From NCBI GenBank assembly GCA_965208215.1, contig CBDBOH010000002.1:324211-388210 (forward strand): a DNA stretch of 64,000 nucleotides. Direction: 5' to 3'. The notes under the pieces were generated by a model, which saw only the letters and a list, made by a program, of their open reading frames with translations, was not told the DNA's origin and made no database searches. Position numbers and translations under genes: made by a program. Shown here in pieces: positions 31,304 through 41,360 of this stretch (position 1 is its first letter; the number at the start of each line of letters is the position of its first letter). The DNA comes from Chloroflexota bacterium. Its GTDB lineage: Bacteria > Chloroflexota > UBA11872.

Positions 31304-31465
31304 GGTCGCTGCGATTGAAGCGAGGGGTCGGCGTGGGAGTCGTTAGGCCTGAGGTAGGCGAATGAGACGGTTCCTGCGCAAACCTGCGCGCCGTCCACGC
31401 GGATGGTGCCTCCCAGCTACCGCGTCATGATCGGACGCGGCTCATCCTTACCGGGCTTAAGTATA
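31304..31465 (-). promoter_or_regulatory. -10 box (TATACT, 31460-31465) and a structured ~150-nt leader of the guaA-pur operon
   Basis: Nested stems seen by eye (see findings); no known purine riboswitch consensus recognised. Confidence 0.45.
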
Positions 31466-31484
31466 CGGATCGCGTCGATTATGT

Positions 31485-32393
31485 TCAGGTCGGTCGTTCG
31501 TCCACGGTCGCTCCGGTCTTTGCCGCGCTGGCCACATACGTCTCACAGCCCGACGACGCTTCGATGGCGACGTCGGCCATTGCACCCGCGACGCGCATGG
31601 TGCGGTTCTTGGGCGCGAAGGCGATGAGCGTGGGACCGGAGCCGCTGAGCGCCGCACCGAAGGCGCCGGCGTCCAGGGCCGCTCGAACGCCGGGCTCGAG
31701 CGCGGGGTTGAGTTCGGCCCGGTACGGCTGATGGAGAAAGTCCTGGGTCGCGACGCGTAATTCCGAATAGCGACCGGTCTGTAAGGCGGCAACCAACATG
31801 GCGGCGCGTCCAAGATTCGCTACGGCGTCGGATCGCGGAACGCTGGTCGGCAGTACTTCGCGCGCGCGCGCGGTTGGCACGTGGTACGTCGGCACGACAA
31901 CGACGATCCCGATGTCGTCGGGGAACGGTACGCGCACCGCGTGCAAGGTCTCGCCAGATTGGACCGTGAGCACCAGGCCGCCCAGCAGAGCTGCGGCCAC
32001 GTTGTCGGGGTGTCCTTCGATTGCGGTCGCCCGACGCAGCAACTCGGCGCTGTCGAGGTCAAGATTGAAGGCGTGGTTGGCGGCGACCAGACCACCGACG
32101 ATGGCGCTGGCGGAGCCGCCGAGACCGCCCTGAGGGGGAATCTCGCGGACGGCACGCAGGCGGTAAGGCCCGGCGGCGGTGGGCGCCAGCGACCGGAAGG
32201 CGCGAAAGGCCAAGTTGCGCCGGGTGTCGCGGGGGACGTGTTTGAGGAACTTGCCGGCAGGTTCAATCAGATCGCGGCCGGCCGGCTCAAACTGGTACTC
32301 GTCGCGCACGTCGATGGCGAGGCCGAACACGTCGAATCCGGCGCCCAGGTTGCCGGAAGAGGCCGGGACGGATACGCGCGCGCGACCGCTCAA
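31485..32393 (-). CDS. thrB: Homoserine kinase
   Basis: VPASSGNLGAGFD, P..GGLGGSAS, EGHPDNV, HQPYR, SGSGPT. Confidence 0.93.
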   Translation of the reverse strand: MSGRARVSVPASSGNLGAGFDVFGLAIDVRDEYQFEPAGRDLIEPAGKFLKHVPRDTRRNLAFRAFRSLAPTAAGPYRLRAVREIPPQGGLGGSASAIVGGLVAANHAFNLDLDSAELLRRATAIEGHPDNVAAALLGGLVLTVQSGETLHAVRVPFPDDIGIVVVVPTYHVPTARAREVLPTSVPRSDAVANLGRAAMLVAALQTGRYSELRVATQDFLHQPYRAELNPALEPGVRAALDAGAFGAALSGSGPTLIAFAPKNRTMRVAGAMADVAIEASSGCETYVASAAKTGATVDERPT

Positions 32394-33553
32394 CGGTCCA
32401 GCAGGCCAGGCGGAGGGGACGATGCCAATGATCCACGGACCATGTGCATTGACTGCTGACGGAAGGGCGCGGCAGCGCGATGTGAGTGAATGCTGAGCAG
32501 GATGCCGACGGACAAGAGCGTGACAAGCAGCGAGTTCTTGCCGAGGCTTACGAGCGGCAGTGTGATGCCGGTGACCGGCATCAGGCCAACGTTCATCCCG
32601 ATGTTGACGAACGATTGGGTGAAGAGCATGGCGGCGATGCCGATGGCCAGGAGGCGACCGAACATGTCGCGGGCGCGCAAGCCGATCACGAGGGCCTGAA
32701 CGATGAGGAGAGTGAAGAAGGCCACAAGCCCCAGTGTGCCTGCCAGTCCAAGCTGTTCGCCGAGCATGGCGAAGATGAAATCGGTGTCTCGCACCCGCAG
32801 GAACTCCAGCTGCGACTGCGAGCCTTGGCCGAGGCCGTGGCCGAACCAGCCACCGGACCCAATAGATATCCGCGCCTGCAGTACGTTGTAGCCGGCACCC
32901 AACGGATCACTGCCGGGATCGAGAAAGGTCACAAATCGCTGGCGCATGTAGTCCTGCGCAAAAAACCAGGCGAACGGAAAGGCGGCCAGCGCGGCGACGA
33001 CCGGGAGGAGCATGTGCCACCAGCGTGCGCCGGCCACAAAGACCATCGCCATCCAGATTGCGCCGAAAATGAGCGCGGTGCCCAGATCGGGCTGAAGAAA
33101 TATCAGGCCTGCGGGAATGAGCAGGACTCCAAGGCTTACGACGACGGTGCGGAGCGATCGCGTAGCGTCACCGCGGTCGGTCAGGTACTTGGCGAATGCG
33201 ACGATGGCCGCGAGCTTCATGAACTCGGAGGGCTGAACGACGATGGGCCCAAGTTCGAACCAGCGGCGTGCGCCAAGGTCGAAATCCCCGACCAGCAATA
33301 CAACGATCAGCGCCACCACGCCCAGCAGGTAGATGGGCCCAGCCACCCCATGCAAGCCGCGGTAGTCGACGTGGGCCATAGCCAGCGCCAGAGCCAATCC
33401 AACCGCTCCCAGCACGGCCTTCTGAACGGCCTGGTTCTGCAGACCCGTGGCATCGGGCTCAGCGGTGGTACTGAGCATCAGGACACCGACGGCGACGAGG
33501 GCGAAGGTGGAGATCACCGTCGCCCACTCGATCCGCGCGACCCGTACCAGCAC
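32390..33553 (-). CDS. rodA: Rod shape-determining SEDS protein RodA
   Basis: GARRW, QPSEFMK, QPDLGT, GY...Q..I.IGSGG, TDFIF, P.TGITLP. Confidence 0.93.
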   Translation of the reverse strand: MLVRVARIEWATVISTFALVAVGVLMLSTTAEPDATGLQNQAVQKAVLGAVGLALALAMAHVDYRGLHGVAGPIYLLGVVALIVVLLVGDFDLGARRWFELGPIVVQPSEFMKLAAIVAFAKYLTDRGDATRSLRTVVVSLGVLLIPAGLIFLQPDLGTALIFGAIWMAMVFVAGARWWHMLLPVVAALAAFPFAWFFAQDYMRQRFVTFLDPGSDPLGAGYNVLQARISIGSGGWFGHGLGQGSQSQLEFLRVRDTDFIFAMLGEQLGLAGTLGLVAFFTLLIVQALVIGLRARDMFGRLLAIGIAAMLFTQSFVNIGMNVGLMPVTGITLPLVSLGKNSLLVTLLSVGILLSIHSHRAAAPFRQQSMHMVRGSLASSPPPGLLDR

Positions 33554-35475
33554 TAGAGTCGATGATCCGGCGAGATGAAGTCGGGGCGATCTTGCGGCAA
33601 CGGCGGCATGTCACCGGTCATGAGATAGTCCACGATGTCACGGGCGACCGGCGCCGCGGCAAACGCGCCTTCGCCACCGTCCCGCACCAGGACGGCGAAC
33701 GCGTACTCAGGCTGCTCGGCCGGCGCGTAGCCAGCAAACCAGGCATGGCTCGGGAGGCGGCCTTTGGCGTCACGCTGACCACTGTATTCGGCGGTGCCCG
33801 TCTTGCCGGCCACGACTGTGTGCGCTGAACGCGCCCGCGGTCCGGTGCCCTGCGGCTCGTTGACGGCCCGGTACAGGCCGGCCTGGAGCAGACGCAGATT
33901 CGGGTCGCTGATCGGCAAGATGCTGCGCACCTGCGGCGGTGTGCGTTCGGCAACGTTGCCGTGTTGATCAAGCAGGCGGTCAATCAGACGCGGACGCATG
34001 ACGCGGCCACCGTTGCCGATGGCCGCGTACATTGAGGCGATCTGCAGCGGCGTGACTTGGACGAGGCCCTGGCCGATTGCGGCGTGATACGTATCGCCAG
34101 TTACCCACGGTTGCTGCAGGTTCTTGTTCTTCCAGTCTGACGTCGGGACGAGTCCGGAGGCTTCGCCGGGAAGATCAATGCCGGTGCGCTCACCGAAGCC
34201 ATACGAGCGCTCGAACTGTGCCAGACGCCGATTGCCCAATCCCTGGAGTTGGGTGTATGGATTCCCGCCGGACACGTTATAGAAGTAGATGTTGCAGGAC
34301 TCGGCGATGGCGCGCTGCAGGTCAACGAAACCGTGTCCCTGCGGCAGCCAGTCGTCAAATGCCCATCCGCTGGGCAGCACGAGGCGGCCGTTGCAGTGAA
34401 TCTTGCTTTGCGGCAGTACGACCCCAGCCTCCAGGGCGCCGCTGGCGGCGATGATCTTGTAGGTCGAGCCTGGCGGATAGAGCCCGGAGATGGCGTGGTT
34501 AATGAGGGGCCGGCGAGGGTCGCTGACGAGCAGCGCAAAGCTCTCGGACGAGGCTCCGCGCGTGAAGATGTTGCTGTCGTAGTCGGGAAGGCTCACCATA
34601 GCCACAACATCGCCGGTATCAGGGCGCAGGATCACCACGGCGCCGGCGCCGCGTTCGCGGAGGGCGAGATGGCGGGCCAGGATCTCGCGAATGGCCTGTT
34701 GCTCGTTGACGGCGATGGTGAGGACGGCGTGCTGGCCGACCTGCGGTGGCGTGAACGAGAGCTCGTGCAACGATCGGCCGAGAGCGTCGGTTTCCAGCCG
34801 CTGCTCGCCGTCGCGGCCGCGCAGCCGGGCCTGCAGGCTGCGCTCGACACCAGCCAGCCCGATGTCTTCGTCGAAGCGAACTCCCTGGCTCCGATACACC
34901 TCCACCTCTTCGGCCGGGATCGGACCGGTGAAGCCAAGGATGTGGCCGAGAACGTCGCCGTGGGCATATTCGCGCTGGGTGCTGGTTCGTACGGAGACTC
35001 CCGGCAGGTCCTGGCGGCGTTCCTCGATTGTGAGCGCGGACTCGCGGGGTACAGCGCGGGCCAGCCGGGCGGGTGTGTCGGGAGCCAGCCGCGCCTGGCT
35101 GAGCTTGAAGCGCAGGTCCTCGAGGCGCTCGCCAGTGAGGACGGCCAGGTTGGCCAGGATTGGGCCTTCGCGTTCGAGGGGGAGATCGGCCGGACTCACC
35201 CAGACGCTGAAGACGGGCGCGTTTGCAACGAGAGGCTCGCGGTTCCGGTCGAAGATCAGGCCGCGCAGGGGTTGGATGGGTCTCGTCTGGGCGCGGTTGT
35301 GCGCTGCCTGCTCGCGGTAGGTGTCGGACTCAACAACCTGCAACTGCCAGAGTCGGCCAATCAGAGCCGCGTTTCCGGCCAGCGCGGCACCGCCCAACAG
35401 CAGGGCGCGGCGTGTCCCGCGAACGCGCGTCTGTGGGGCACCAGTTCTGGCCGCCGGGCGAGAATGCGCCTCCAA
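33553..35475 (-). CDS. mrdA: Penicillin-binding protein 2
   Basis: RGLIFDRN, PGSTYK (SxxK), SCN (SxN), GKTGTAE; mre operon context. Confidence 0.93.
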   Translation of the reverse strand: MEAHSRPAARTGAPQTRVRGTRRALLLGGAALAGNAALIGRLWQLQVVESDTYREQAAHNRAQTRPIQPLRGLIFDRNREPLVANAPVFSVWVSPADLPLEREGPILANLAVLTGERLEDLRFKLSQARLAPDTPARLARAVPRESALTIEERRQDLPGVSVRTSTQREYAHGDVLGHILGFTGPIPAEEVEVYRSQGVRFDEDIGLAGVERSLQARLRGRDGEQRLETDALGRSLHELSFTPPQVGQHAVLTIAVNEQQAIREILARHLALRERGAGAVVILRPDTGDVVAMVSLPDYDSNIFTRGASSESFALLVSDPRRPLINHAISGLYPPGSTYKIIAASGALEAGVVLPQSKIHCNGRLVLPSGWAFDDWLPQGHGFVDLQRAIAESCNIYFYNVSGGNPYTQLQGLGNRRLAQFERSYGFGERTGIDLPGEASGLVPTSDWKNKNLQQPWVTGDTYHAAIGQGLVQVTPLQIASMYAAIGNGGRVMRPRLIDRLLDQHGNVAERTPPQVRSILPISDPNLRLLQAGLYRAVNEPQGTGPRARSAHTVVAGKTGTAEYSGQRDAKGRLPSHAWFAGYAPAEQPEYAFAVLVRDGGEGAFAAAPVARDIVDYLMTGDMPPLPQDRPDFISPDHRL

Positions 35476-35490
35476 GCCAGCCTCCCGTTC

Positions 35491-36072
35491 TCAGCCGCGT
35501 AAGCCGCCGGGCGAATGCCGGAGTAGACGCGCACCACTGCGGGGACGCGTCCACTGTTCTACACGGCGCACCGCCGGGTAGAGCAGCACAGTGGCCCCGG
35601 CGTTTACGGCCACGGCGCGCGGCAGGCGATCCCAGACTTGCCTGCCCCAGTCTATGTCGAATCCCTGCAGTTGCAGCGCAAGGACGAGGGCCGGGTAGTA
35701 GAGAACCGTAGCGGCCGCGCCTGCCAGGACCGGGAACAACAGGTTGGCACGGTCGAACCGACGACCTTGCCCGCCGACGATGAACACCAGGAGCGTGAAG
35801 ATCAGCGCGTTCACCCCCAGCGGCGAAGCCGACAGCAGGTCAACCAGCAGTCCGCCGGCGAAGCCCCAATAGAGCGCGCGGGCATCGGTGGTAGTGGTTG
35901 CCAATGTGATCGTGGCCATGAGGACCAGCGCGGGGCGGATGCCGGCGATGGCAAAGGACGGAAAGACGGAGGTCTGCAGGAGGCCGAGCCCTACGATCAG
36001 GAGTGCGGCGCCGACGGCGCCGAGCCGAAGCCAGCGGCCGCGTCGCGACTGCGGAAGCCGGGTGGCAATCAT
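35491..36072 (-). CDS. mreD: Rod shape-determining protein MreD
   Basis: Hydrophobic protein with GLLVDLLS..PLG; lies between mreC and mrdA. Confidence 0.85.
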   Translation of the reverse strand: MIATRLPQSRRGRWLRLGAVGAALLIVGLGLLQTSVFPSFAIAGIRPALVLMATITLATTTTDARALYWGFAGGLLVDLLSASPLGVNALIFTLLVFIVGGQGRRFDRANLLFPVLAGAAATVLYYPALVLALQLQGFDIDWGRQVWDRLPRAVAVNAGATVLLYPAVRRVEQWTRPRSGARLLRHSPGGLRG

Positions 36073-36893
36073 GGCGACGCCGGCGCGCGCTCCAACACGA
36101 CCTGAACCACGTCCAGGCGCTCGGTGCGCACAAATGGTTTGACGGCGGCCTGGCGAAAGACGCTCTCGGGGGACGAGATTACGGAGATGACATGGCCGAT
36201 GGGAAGCCCGCGGGGGAACCCACCGCCGAGGCCTGACGTGACGACTAGATCGCCGATGCCGAGCGGCGCGTCAGGTTCAATTCGGGTCAACAACAGGCCG
36301 CCGTTGTCGTCGCCTTCAACAATGCCGTCGGCCTCGCCTTCCCGACTCTGGGCCACTGCACTGACGACGCTCTGACTGCTGTGAATTGGCAGGATGTCGG
36401 CGGAGGTCGTAGTGACGGTCTGCACGCGGCCGGCGAGGCTGCTATCGGCGATTACGACCATGCCCACGCGTATTCCATCGGCCGCGCCGCGGTCGATAAT
36501 GAGCGTGTCCAGCACGTCCACGCTGTCGCGTCCGGCCACGCGTGCGGTCAGGAGCGTGTACTCGGTATTCCTGTGCTGATAGTCGAGCGCGGCGCGTAGG
36601 GCCTGGTTTTCGCGCCGCATGGTCTGGGCGCCGACGGTCTCGGAACGCAACCGAGCGACCTCTGTGCGCAGGGCCTGGTTTTCAGCCCGAATTGCGTTGA
36701 ATTGCTGGGCGTCGGCAAGCGCGGCCGCTGCCCCCGCGGAGGCGCCGCTGAGGGCCGACCGCACCGGGGCCATGGCGGCCAATGCCGCGCCTTGCGCCGA
36801 GGACCCGGCCTGGGTGTTGCGCAGGACGGCCAGCACCACGGCCGCGACGACCAGAACCAGAAGCAGGAGGACTGATCGCTGTCTGCCGCGCAT
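36069..36893 (-). CDS. mreC: Rod shape-determining protein MreC
   Basis: TM helix, EN..LR coiled coil, IDRG..DG, VTSGLGG.FP.G.PIG. Confidence 0.92.
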   Translation of the reverse strand: MRGRQRSVLLLLVLVVAAVVLAVLRNTQAGSSAQGAALAAMAPVRSALSGASAGAAAALADAQQFNAIRAENQALRTEVARLRSETVGAQTMRRENQALRAALDYQHRNTEYTLLTARVAGRDSVDVLDTLIIDRGAADGIRVGMVVIADSSLAGRVQTVTTTSADILPIHSSQSVVSAVAQSREGEADGIVEGDDNGGLLLTRIEPDAPLGIGDLVVTSGLGGGFPRGLPIGHVISVISSPESVFRQAAVKPFVRTERLDVVQVVLERAPASP

Positions 36894-36904
36894 CCCGGTG
36901 GCGA

Positions 36905-37960
36905 CTACACGTAGGGCGCGGCGTTCTCCGCGACAAACACTTCGCGAAAAGCTTCCAGGTTGTGCAGACAGGCGCCGGTTCCGCGCACAACGGCCTCCAA
37001 CGGATTGTTGGCAATGTGCACGGGAATGTCCGTTTCCTGCTCGATGCGCTTGTCAAGACCGCGCAGCAGCGCGCCGCCGCCAGCCACGGCGATGCCGTGT
37101 TCCATCACGTCGGCCAACAATTCGGGCGGGGTGGCTTCCAGTGCGAGCTTGATGTTCTCAACAATTTCATTGACTGGGCCGCTGATCGCCTCGCGAATCT
37201 GGCCTTCGGTGAGTTCGACCTGTCGCGGCAGGCCGGTTTGCAGGTCGCGTCCGCGCACCAGCGTTGTCTCCTCCTGAAGACCAGGGGCTGCCGATCCGAT
37301 AGCGATTTTGCAGGCCTCGGCCGTGCGTTCGCCGATCAGGAGATTGTGCGCGCCGCGGCAGTAGTCCACGATCTGTTCGTCGATCTCGTCACCGGCGATG
37401 CGAATGCTGTGACTGACAACGACGCCACCGAGGGAGATGACGGCGACTTCGGTCGTCCCACCGCCGATATCCACGATCATGCTGCCGCTGGCGTCCTGAA
37501 TGGGCTGACCGGCGCCAATGGCCGCCGCCATCGGTTCTTCAATCAGGTAGACCTCGCGCGCGCCGGCCTGCAGGCTGGCTTCATGCACAGCGCGTTTCTC
37601 GACTTCCGTAACGCCCGACGGCACGCCCACGATGACACGCGGCCGGGCCGCGATGGGCAGCTCGCCATGCACCTGACCGATGAAGTACGAGAGCATGGCG
37701 TGCACAGTGTCGAAGTCGGCGATGACTCCGTCGCGCAGCGGTCGGCTGGCGACGATGTTGGTGGGTGTTCGCCCGACCATTTTCTTGGCCTCGGCACCGA
37801 CAGCCAGTACGCGGGCGGTGTGCGTGTCGGTGGCAACGACCGAGGGCTCGGCGAGCATGATGCCGCGATCCTTGACGTAAACCAGTGTATTGGCGGTGCC
37901 CAAGTCAATCCCGAGATCGCGCGAAAAGAGCCCCAGCAGCGCGTTAAAGGGTCCGAACAT
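36905..37960 (-). CDS. mreB: Rod shape-determining protein MreB
   Basis: DLGTANT, PLRDGVIADF, EEPMAAAIGAG, DIGGGTT, GGGALL. Confidence 0.97.
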   Translation of the reverse strand: MFGPFNALLGLFSRDLGIDLGTANTLVYVKDRGIMLAEPSVVATDTHTARVLAVGAEAKKMVGRTPTNIVASRPLRDGVIADFDTVHAMLSYFIGQVHGELPIAARPRVIVGVPSGVTEVEKRAVHEASLQAGAREVYLIEEPMAAAIGAGQPIQDASGSMIVDIGGGTTEVAVISLGGVVVSHSIRIAGDEIDEQIVDYCRGAHNLLIGERTAEACKIAIGSAAPGLQEETTLVRGRDLQTGLPRQVELTEGQIREAISGPVNEIVENIKLALEATPPELLADVMEHGIAVAGGGALLRGLDKRIEQETDIPVHIANNPLEAVVRGTGACLHNLEAFREVFVAENAAPYV

Positions 37961-38062
37961 CAACCATTCCGGGATTGGCGCGACGTGGCGACCGCCATTT
38001 AAGCGTCAGCATAGCGGGAGGGCGTGTCGGCGGCGGCCTAGCGACTGCTGGCTTGCGAGCTA

Positions 38063-40465
38063 TTAGCGGTTGACGAGTGCGCTGCGGAGCGCCACTTCGA
38101 CGCTGTCGACTTCAATGAAGTCAATGTCGCGCCGGACGTGCGCGGGTAGTTCGGCGAGGTCCTGGCGGTTGCCCTGCGGCAGCACGAACAAGCGGATGCC
38201 GGCGCGGTGCGCGCCCAATACCTTGGGTTTGATGGACCCAACAGGTAACACGCGGCCCTGCAGCGTGATCTCGCCGGTTAGCGTCACGTCGTGCCGGACT
38301 TTCCGGCGGGTCAGGGCCGAAATGAGCGCCACGACGACCGCCAGGCCGGCGGAAGGTCCATCCTTGGGCAGCGCACCGGACGGCACGTGAACGTGCACAT
38401 CCAGTTCGCCGAAGTCGCACTGCTCGCGCGCGAGCCGGTCCGCCCGCGACCGGGCATAGGTGAGCGCCGCATGTGCGGATTCCTTCATCACGTCGCCCAG
38501 CAGTCCTGTCAGCAGGGTTTGGCCGGTGCCCTGCGACAGCGAGACTTCCACCGGTGAAAGGTCGCCACCGGCGGGGGTGCTGAAGACGGCCATCGCGGCG
38601 CCAACGCTGGCCTCACTTTCGGTTGCGCCGAAGCGGAAACGGGGCGGACCGAGCACTTTCGGCAAATCGCGAGCGCGGATCGTCCAGTTCCGATCCTTGC
38701 CTTCGGCCCGTGCCAGCGCGTGCTTGCGGGCGACGGCGGCGACGGACCGCGTGAGGCCACGCACCCCAGCTTCACGAGTGTATTCGCGAATGATTCGGGT
38801 TAGTGCGCCAGTCTTGAAGTGCACGGCGTCCGCATCGAGCCCGTGCTCGTCAAGTTCGCGCGGCACCAGGAATCGCTTGGCGATGGCCAGTTTCTCGTCC
38901 TCCACGTAGCCGGGGAGCTCGACAACCTCCATCCGGTCGATCAGCGCGGCGGGCAAACCATCGAGGGTGTTGGCTGTGGCGATGAAGATGACCCGGCTGA
39001 GGTCGTATGGGATTTCCAGATAGTGATCGCTGAACGCGGCGTTCTGTTCGGGATCCAAGACCTCGAGGAGGGCGGCCGACGGATCTCCACGGAAGTCCAC
39101 GCCCAGCTTGTCAAGTTCGTCGATCATAAACACGGGGTTTACGGTTCCCGCCTGGCGCATCATTTGCAGGATGCGGCCGGGCATGGAGCCGATGTAGGTC
39201 ATCCGGTGCCCGCGAATCTCGGCCTCGTCGCGGACGCCGCCGAGCGAGACCCGCACGAACTTGCGCGATAGCGACTCGGCGATGGACTGCCCCAGACTAG
39301 TCTTGCCGACGCCGGGCGGACCGACGAAGCAAAGGATGGGGCTACGCGACTGCCTGGCCAGACGGCGAACGGCGATGTATTCAAGCAGTCGCTCTTTGAC
39401 GCGGTTCAAGCCGTGATGATGCGTATCGAGGATTCGTGCCGCGCGCTTGATGTCGGTGTTGTCGCGGGTGCGCTTTTTCCAGGGGAGTTCCGTCAGCCAT
39501 TCCAGGTAATTGCGCACCATGCTGGCTTCGGGTGACCCGGGCGGCATGGCGTTGAGCCGGTCAATTTCCTTGAGACCGCGCTCCATGACGGCTGGGGGAT
39601 AGCGGCCTGCCTCGAGCAGGTCGCGAAACTCGCCGATCTCGGTGTTTTGCGCGCTGGTTTCGCCGAGTTCCTTGGTGATGGTGCGGAGCTGTTCGCGCAG
39701 GATGAACTCGCGCTGTTCCTTGTCGACTTCCTCGCGGACTTCCTCGCGGACTTCACGCTCGAGTTCGAGTACCCGGATTTCTTCTTCAAGGACGGTGTGC
39801 ACCAGGCGCAGTCGCTCGGAAACCTCCCGAATCTCGAGCAGTTCCTGCTGCGTACCAGGCACCAGATTCAGGGAGGCGGCGACGATGTCGGCAAGCAGGC
39901 CGGGCGTTTCGGCATTCATGGCCCGGATGTACGCCTCGTCGGGGGTGGCCTCATTTAGTTCCACCACGTGATGGAAGAGTTGCAAGGTGAGCGGCATGAG
40001 CTCGCGAGCTTCCGCGGGCGCTTCGTCCAATTCCTCGACCACCCAACCGACCGCCCGAATGAAAGGGAGTTCCGACACGGGTGCGATGGCGCGGACTCGC
40101 CGGATGCCCTCGGCGAGCACGCTCGTGGTTCCATCGGGGAGTTTGAGCATGCGGGCAATCTTGGCCTCGGTGCCGACTTCATGCAGGTCGCTGAGGGTCA
40201 CGTTCTCGGCGTCCGGATCGTGCTGACTGATGACCAGTACGCGGCGGTCAAGACTCAGTGCTTCCTCGATTGCGGCCAGGGATTGCTCGCGGCCAACCAC
40301 AAAGGAGTTCACGGTGTCGGGGATTGGAAAGAGGGTTTCCCCGCGCAAGGGAAGCACGGGCAATTGAACCTCCAATGGACCGTTCTCGGGCTGGGCGGCC
40401 TGGCCGTTGGTTCCCTGGCGGTCCGACGCGGGATGATTGGCGTGAATTGTGTCGGCGTCCGGCAT
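38063..40465 (-). CDS. lon: ATP-dependent protease La
   Basis: Lon N-domain LPLRG, GPPGVGKTS, DEAEIRGH, IDELDK, PKDGPSAG. Confidence 0.96.
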   Translation of the reverse strand: MPDADTIHANHPASDRQGTNGQAAQPENGPLEVQLPVLPLRGETLFPIPDTVNSFVVGREQSLAAIEEALSLDRRVLVISQHDPDAENVTLSDLHEVGTEAKIARMLKLPDGTTSVLAEGIRRVRAIAPVSELPFIRAVGWVVEELDEAPAEARELMPLTLQLFHHVVELNEATPDEAYIRAMNAETPGLLADIVAASLNLVPGTQQELLEIREVSERLRLVHTVLEEEIRVLELEREVREEVREEVDKEQREFILREQLRTITKELGETSAQNTEIGEFRDLLEAGRYPPAVMERGLKEIDRLNAMPPGSPEASMVRNYLEWLTELPWKKRTRDNTDIKRAARILDTHHHGLNRVKERLLEYIAVRRLARQSRSPILCFVGPPGVGKTSLGQSIAESLSRKFVRVSLGGVRDEAEIRGHRMTYIGSMPGRILQMMRQAGTVNPVFMIDELDKLGVDFRGDPSAALLEVLDPEQNAAFSDHYLEIPYDLSRVIFIATANTLDGLPAALIDRMEVVELPGYVEDEKLAIAKRFLVPRELDEHGLDADAVHFKTGALTRIIREYTREAGVRGLTRSVAAVARKHALARAEGKDRNWTIRARDLPKVLGPPRFRFGATESEASVGAAMAVFSTPAGGDLSPVEVSLSQGTGQTLLTGLLGDVMKESAHAALTYARSRADRLAREQCDFGELDVHVHVPSGALPKDGPSAGLAVVVALISALTRRKVRHDVTLTGEITLQGRVLPVGSIKPKVLGAHRAGIRLFVLPQGNRQDLAELPAHVRRDIDFIEVDSVEVALRSALVNR

Positions 40466-41160
40466 CAGGTCCGGGTGCTCTCGCTGATGGAGCGGCCCAG
40501 GCGTGTCAGCAGCTCGAGCGGATTGTCCACGAGGACGGTCTCGGTTTCGTCGGCGTCGAGGCCGGCACCACGGGCCACCCGTCGTGCCAATGCCTCGGTG
40601 AGCAGATCGCCCGGCGCGTGCGCATCGCTGTTGACGATGAGCTTCGCGCCGGCTTCCCGGCAGACATTCGCCACGTGCCCGTTGGTAAGCGAGTGGCCGC
40701 GTCGGGCCGACAATTCCACAAACTTGCCATTCTGGCGCGCGACGTGACTCAGCTCGGGACTCAGAAGGCCCGGGTGGACCAGCGCATGCACGTATTCGGA
40801 TTCCAGAGCAGCCCGGTTGGTGCCTGCGGCCACGGGCTCAACGATGGTTTCGCCGTGAACGGCAATGAATTCCGCCCCGGCGTCTGCCGCCATGCGCGCG
40901 ACCCTGTCAATGGCGGCGGGAGGCACATGCGTGAGTTCGACGCCTGCCAGCGCCACGATTCCCCACTCGGATTCGGCCTCGCGGCAGTCGCGAGCCAGCG
41001 ATTCGACCAGGCTCTGCACGTTCGCCGGGCTGGCGTGGTCGGTAATGGCCATGGCCGTGTATCCGGAGACGTGGCAGCGACGCAGGAGCTCGATCGGCGA
41101 CAGCTCGCCGTCGCTGAGGAACGTATGGGTCTGGAAGTCGAAGAGCATGGAGTCGGGCAC
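40465..41160 (-). CDS. PHP-family phosphoesterase (histidinol-phosphatase-like)
   Basis: DFQTH..SDG, ITDH, GVELTH, VHGET, NSDAH; stop codon overlaps the lon ATG. Confidence 0.85.
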   Translation of the reverse strand: MPDSMLFDFQTHTFLSDGELSPIELLRRCHVSGYTAMAITDHASPANVQSLVESLARDCREAESEWGIVALAGVELTHVPPAAIDRVARMAADAGAEFIAVHGETIVEPVAAGTNRAALESEYVHALVHPGLLSPELSHVARQNGKFVELSARRGHSLTNGHVANVCREAGAKLIVNSDAHAPGDLLTEALARRVARGAGLDADETETVLVDNPLELLTRLGRSISESTRT

Positions 41161-41360
41161 CAGGGGGTATGGGCGGCGTCGTGCGCCTGGTCGATTCTAG
41201 GGAGCATGGGCACTCGTCTACAACGTCCCGCGGCGGCCGGCGCGCAGGCCAGGGCGCAATCAGCGGCAGGTCGAACGAGGCGCCCTGGGCGGACCGTCCG
41301 CCGTTGATGGTTCATAATCGGCGACCGCTTCCGCGCGGCGATTCCACTTCAGGAGACGAC

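Noticed and set aside
31304-31465. Guanine, ZTP or PRPP/ppGpp riboswitch upstream of guaA
   Set aside because: Their consensus nucleotides were not found by eye; kept only as an unassigned structured leader
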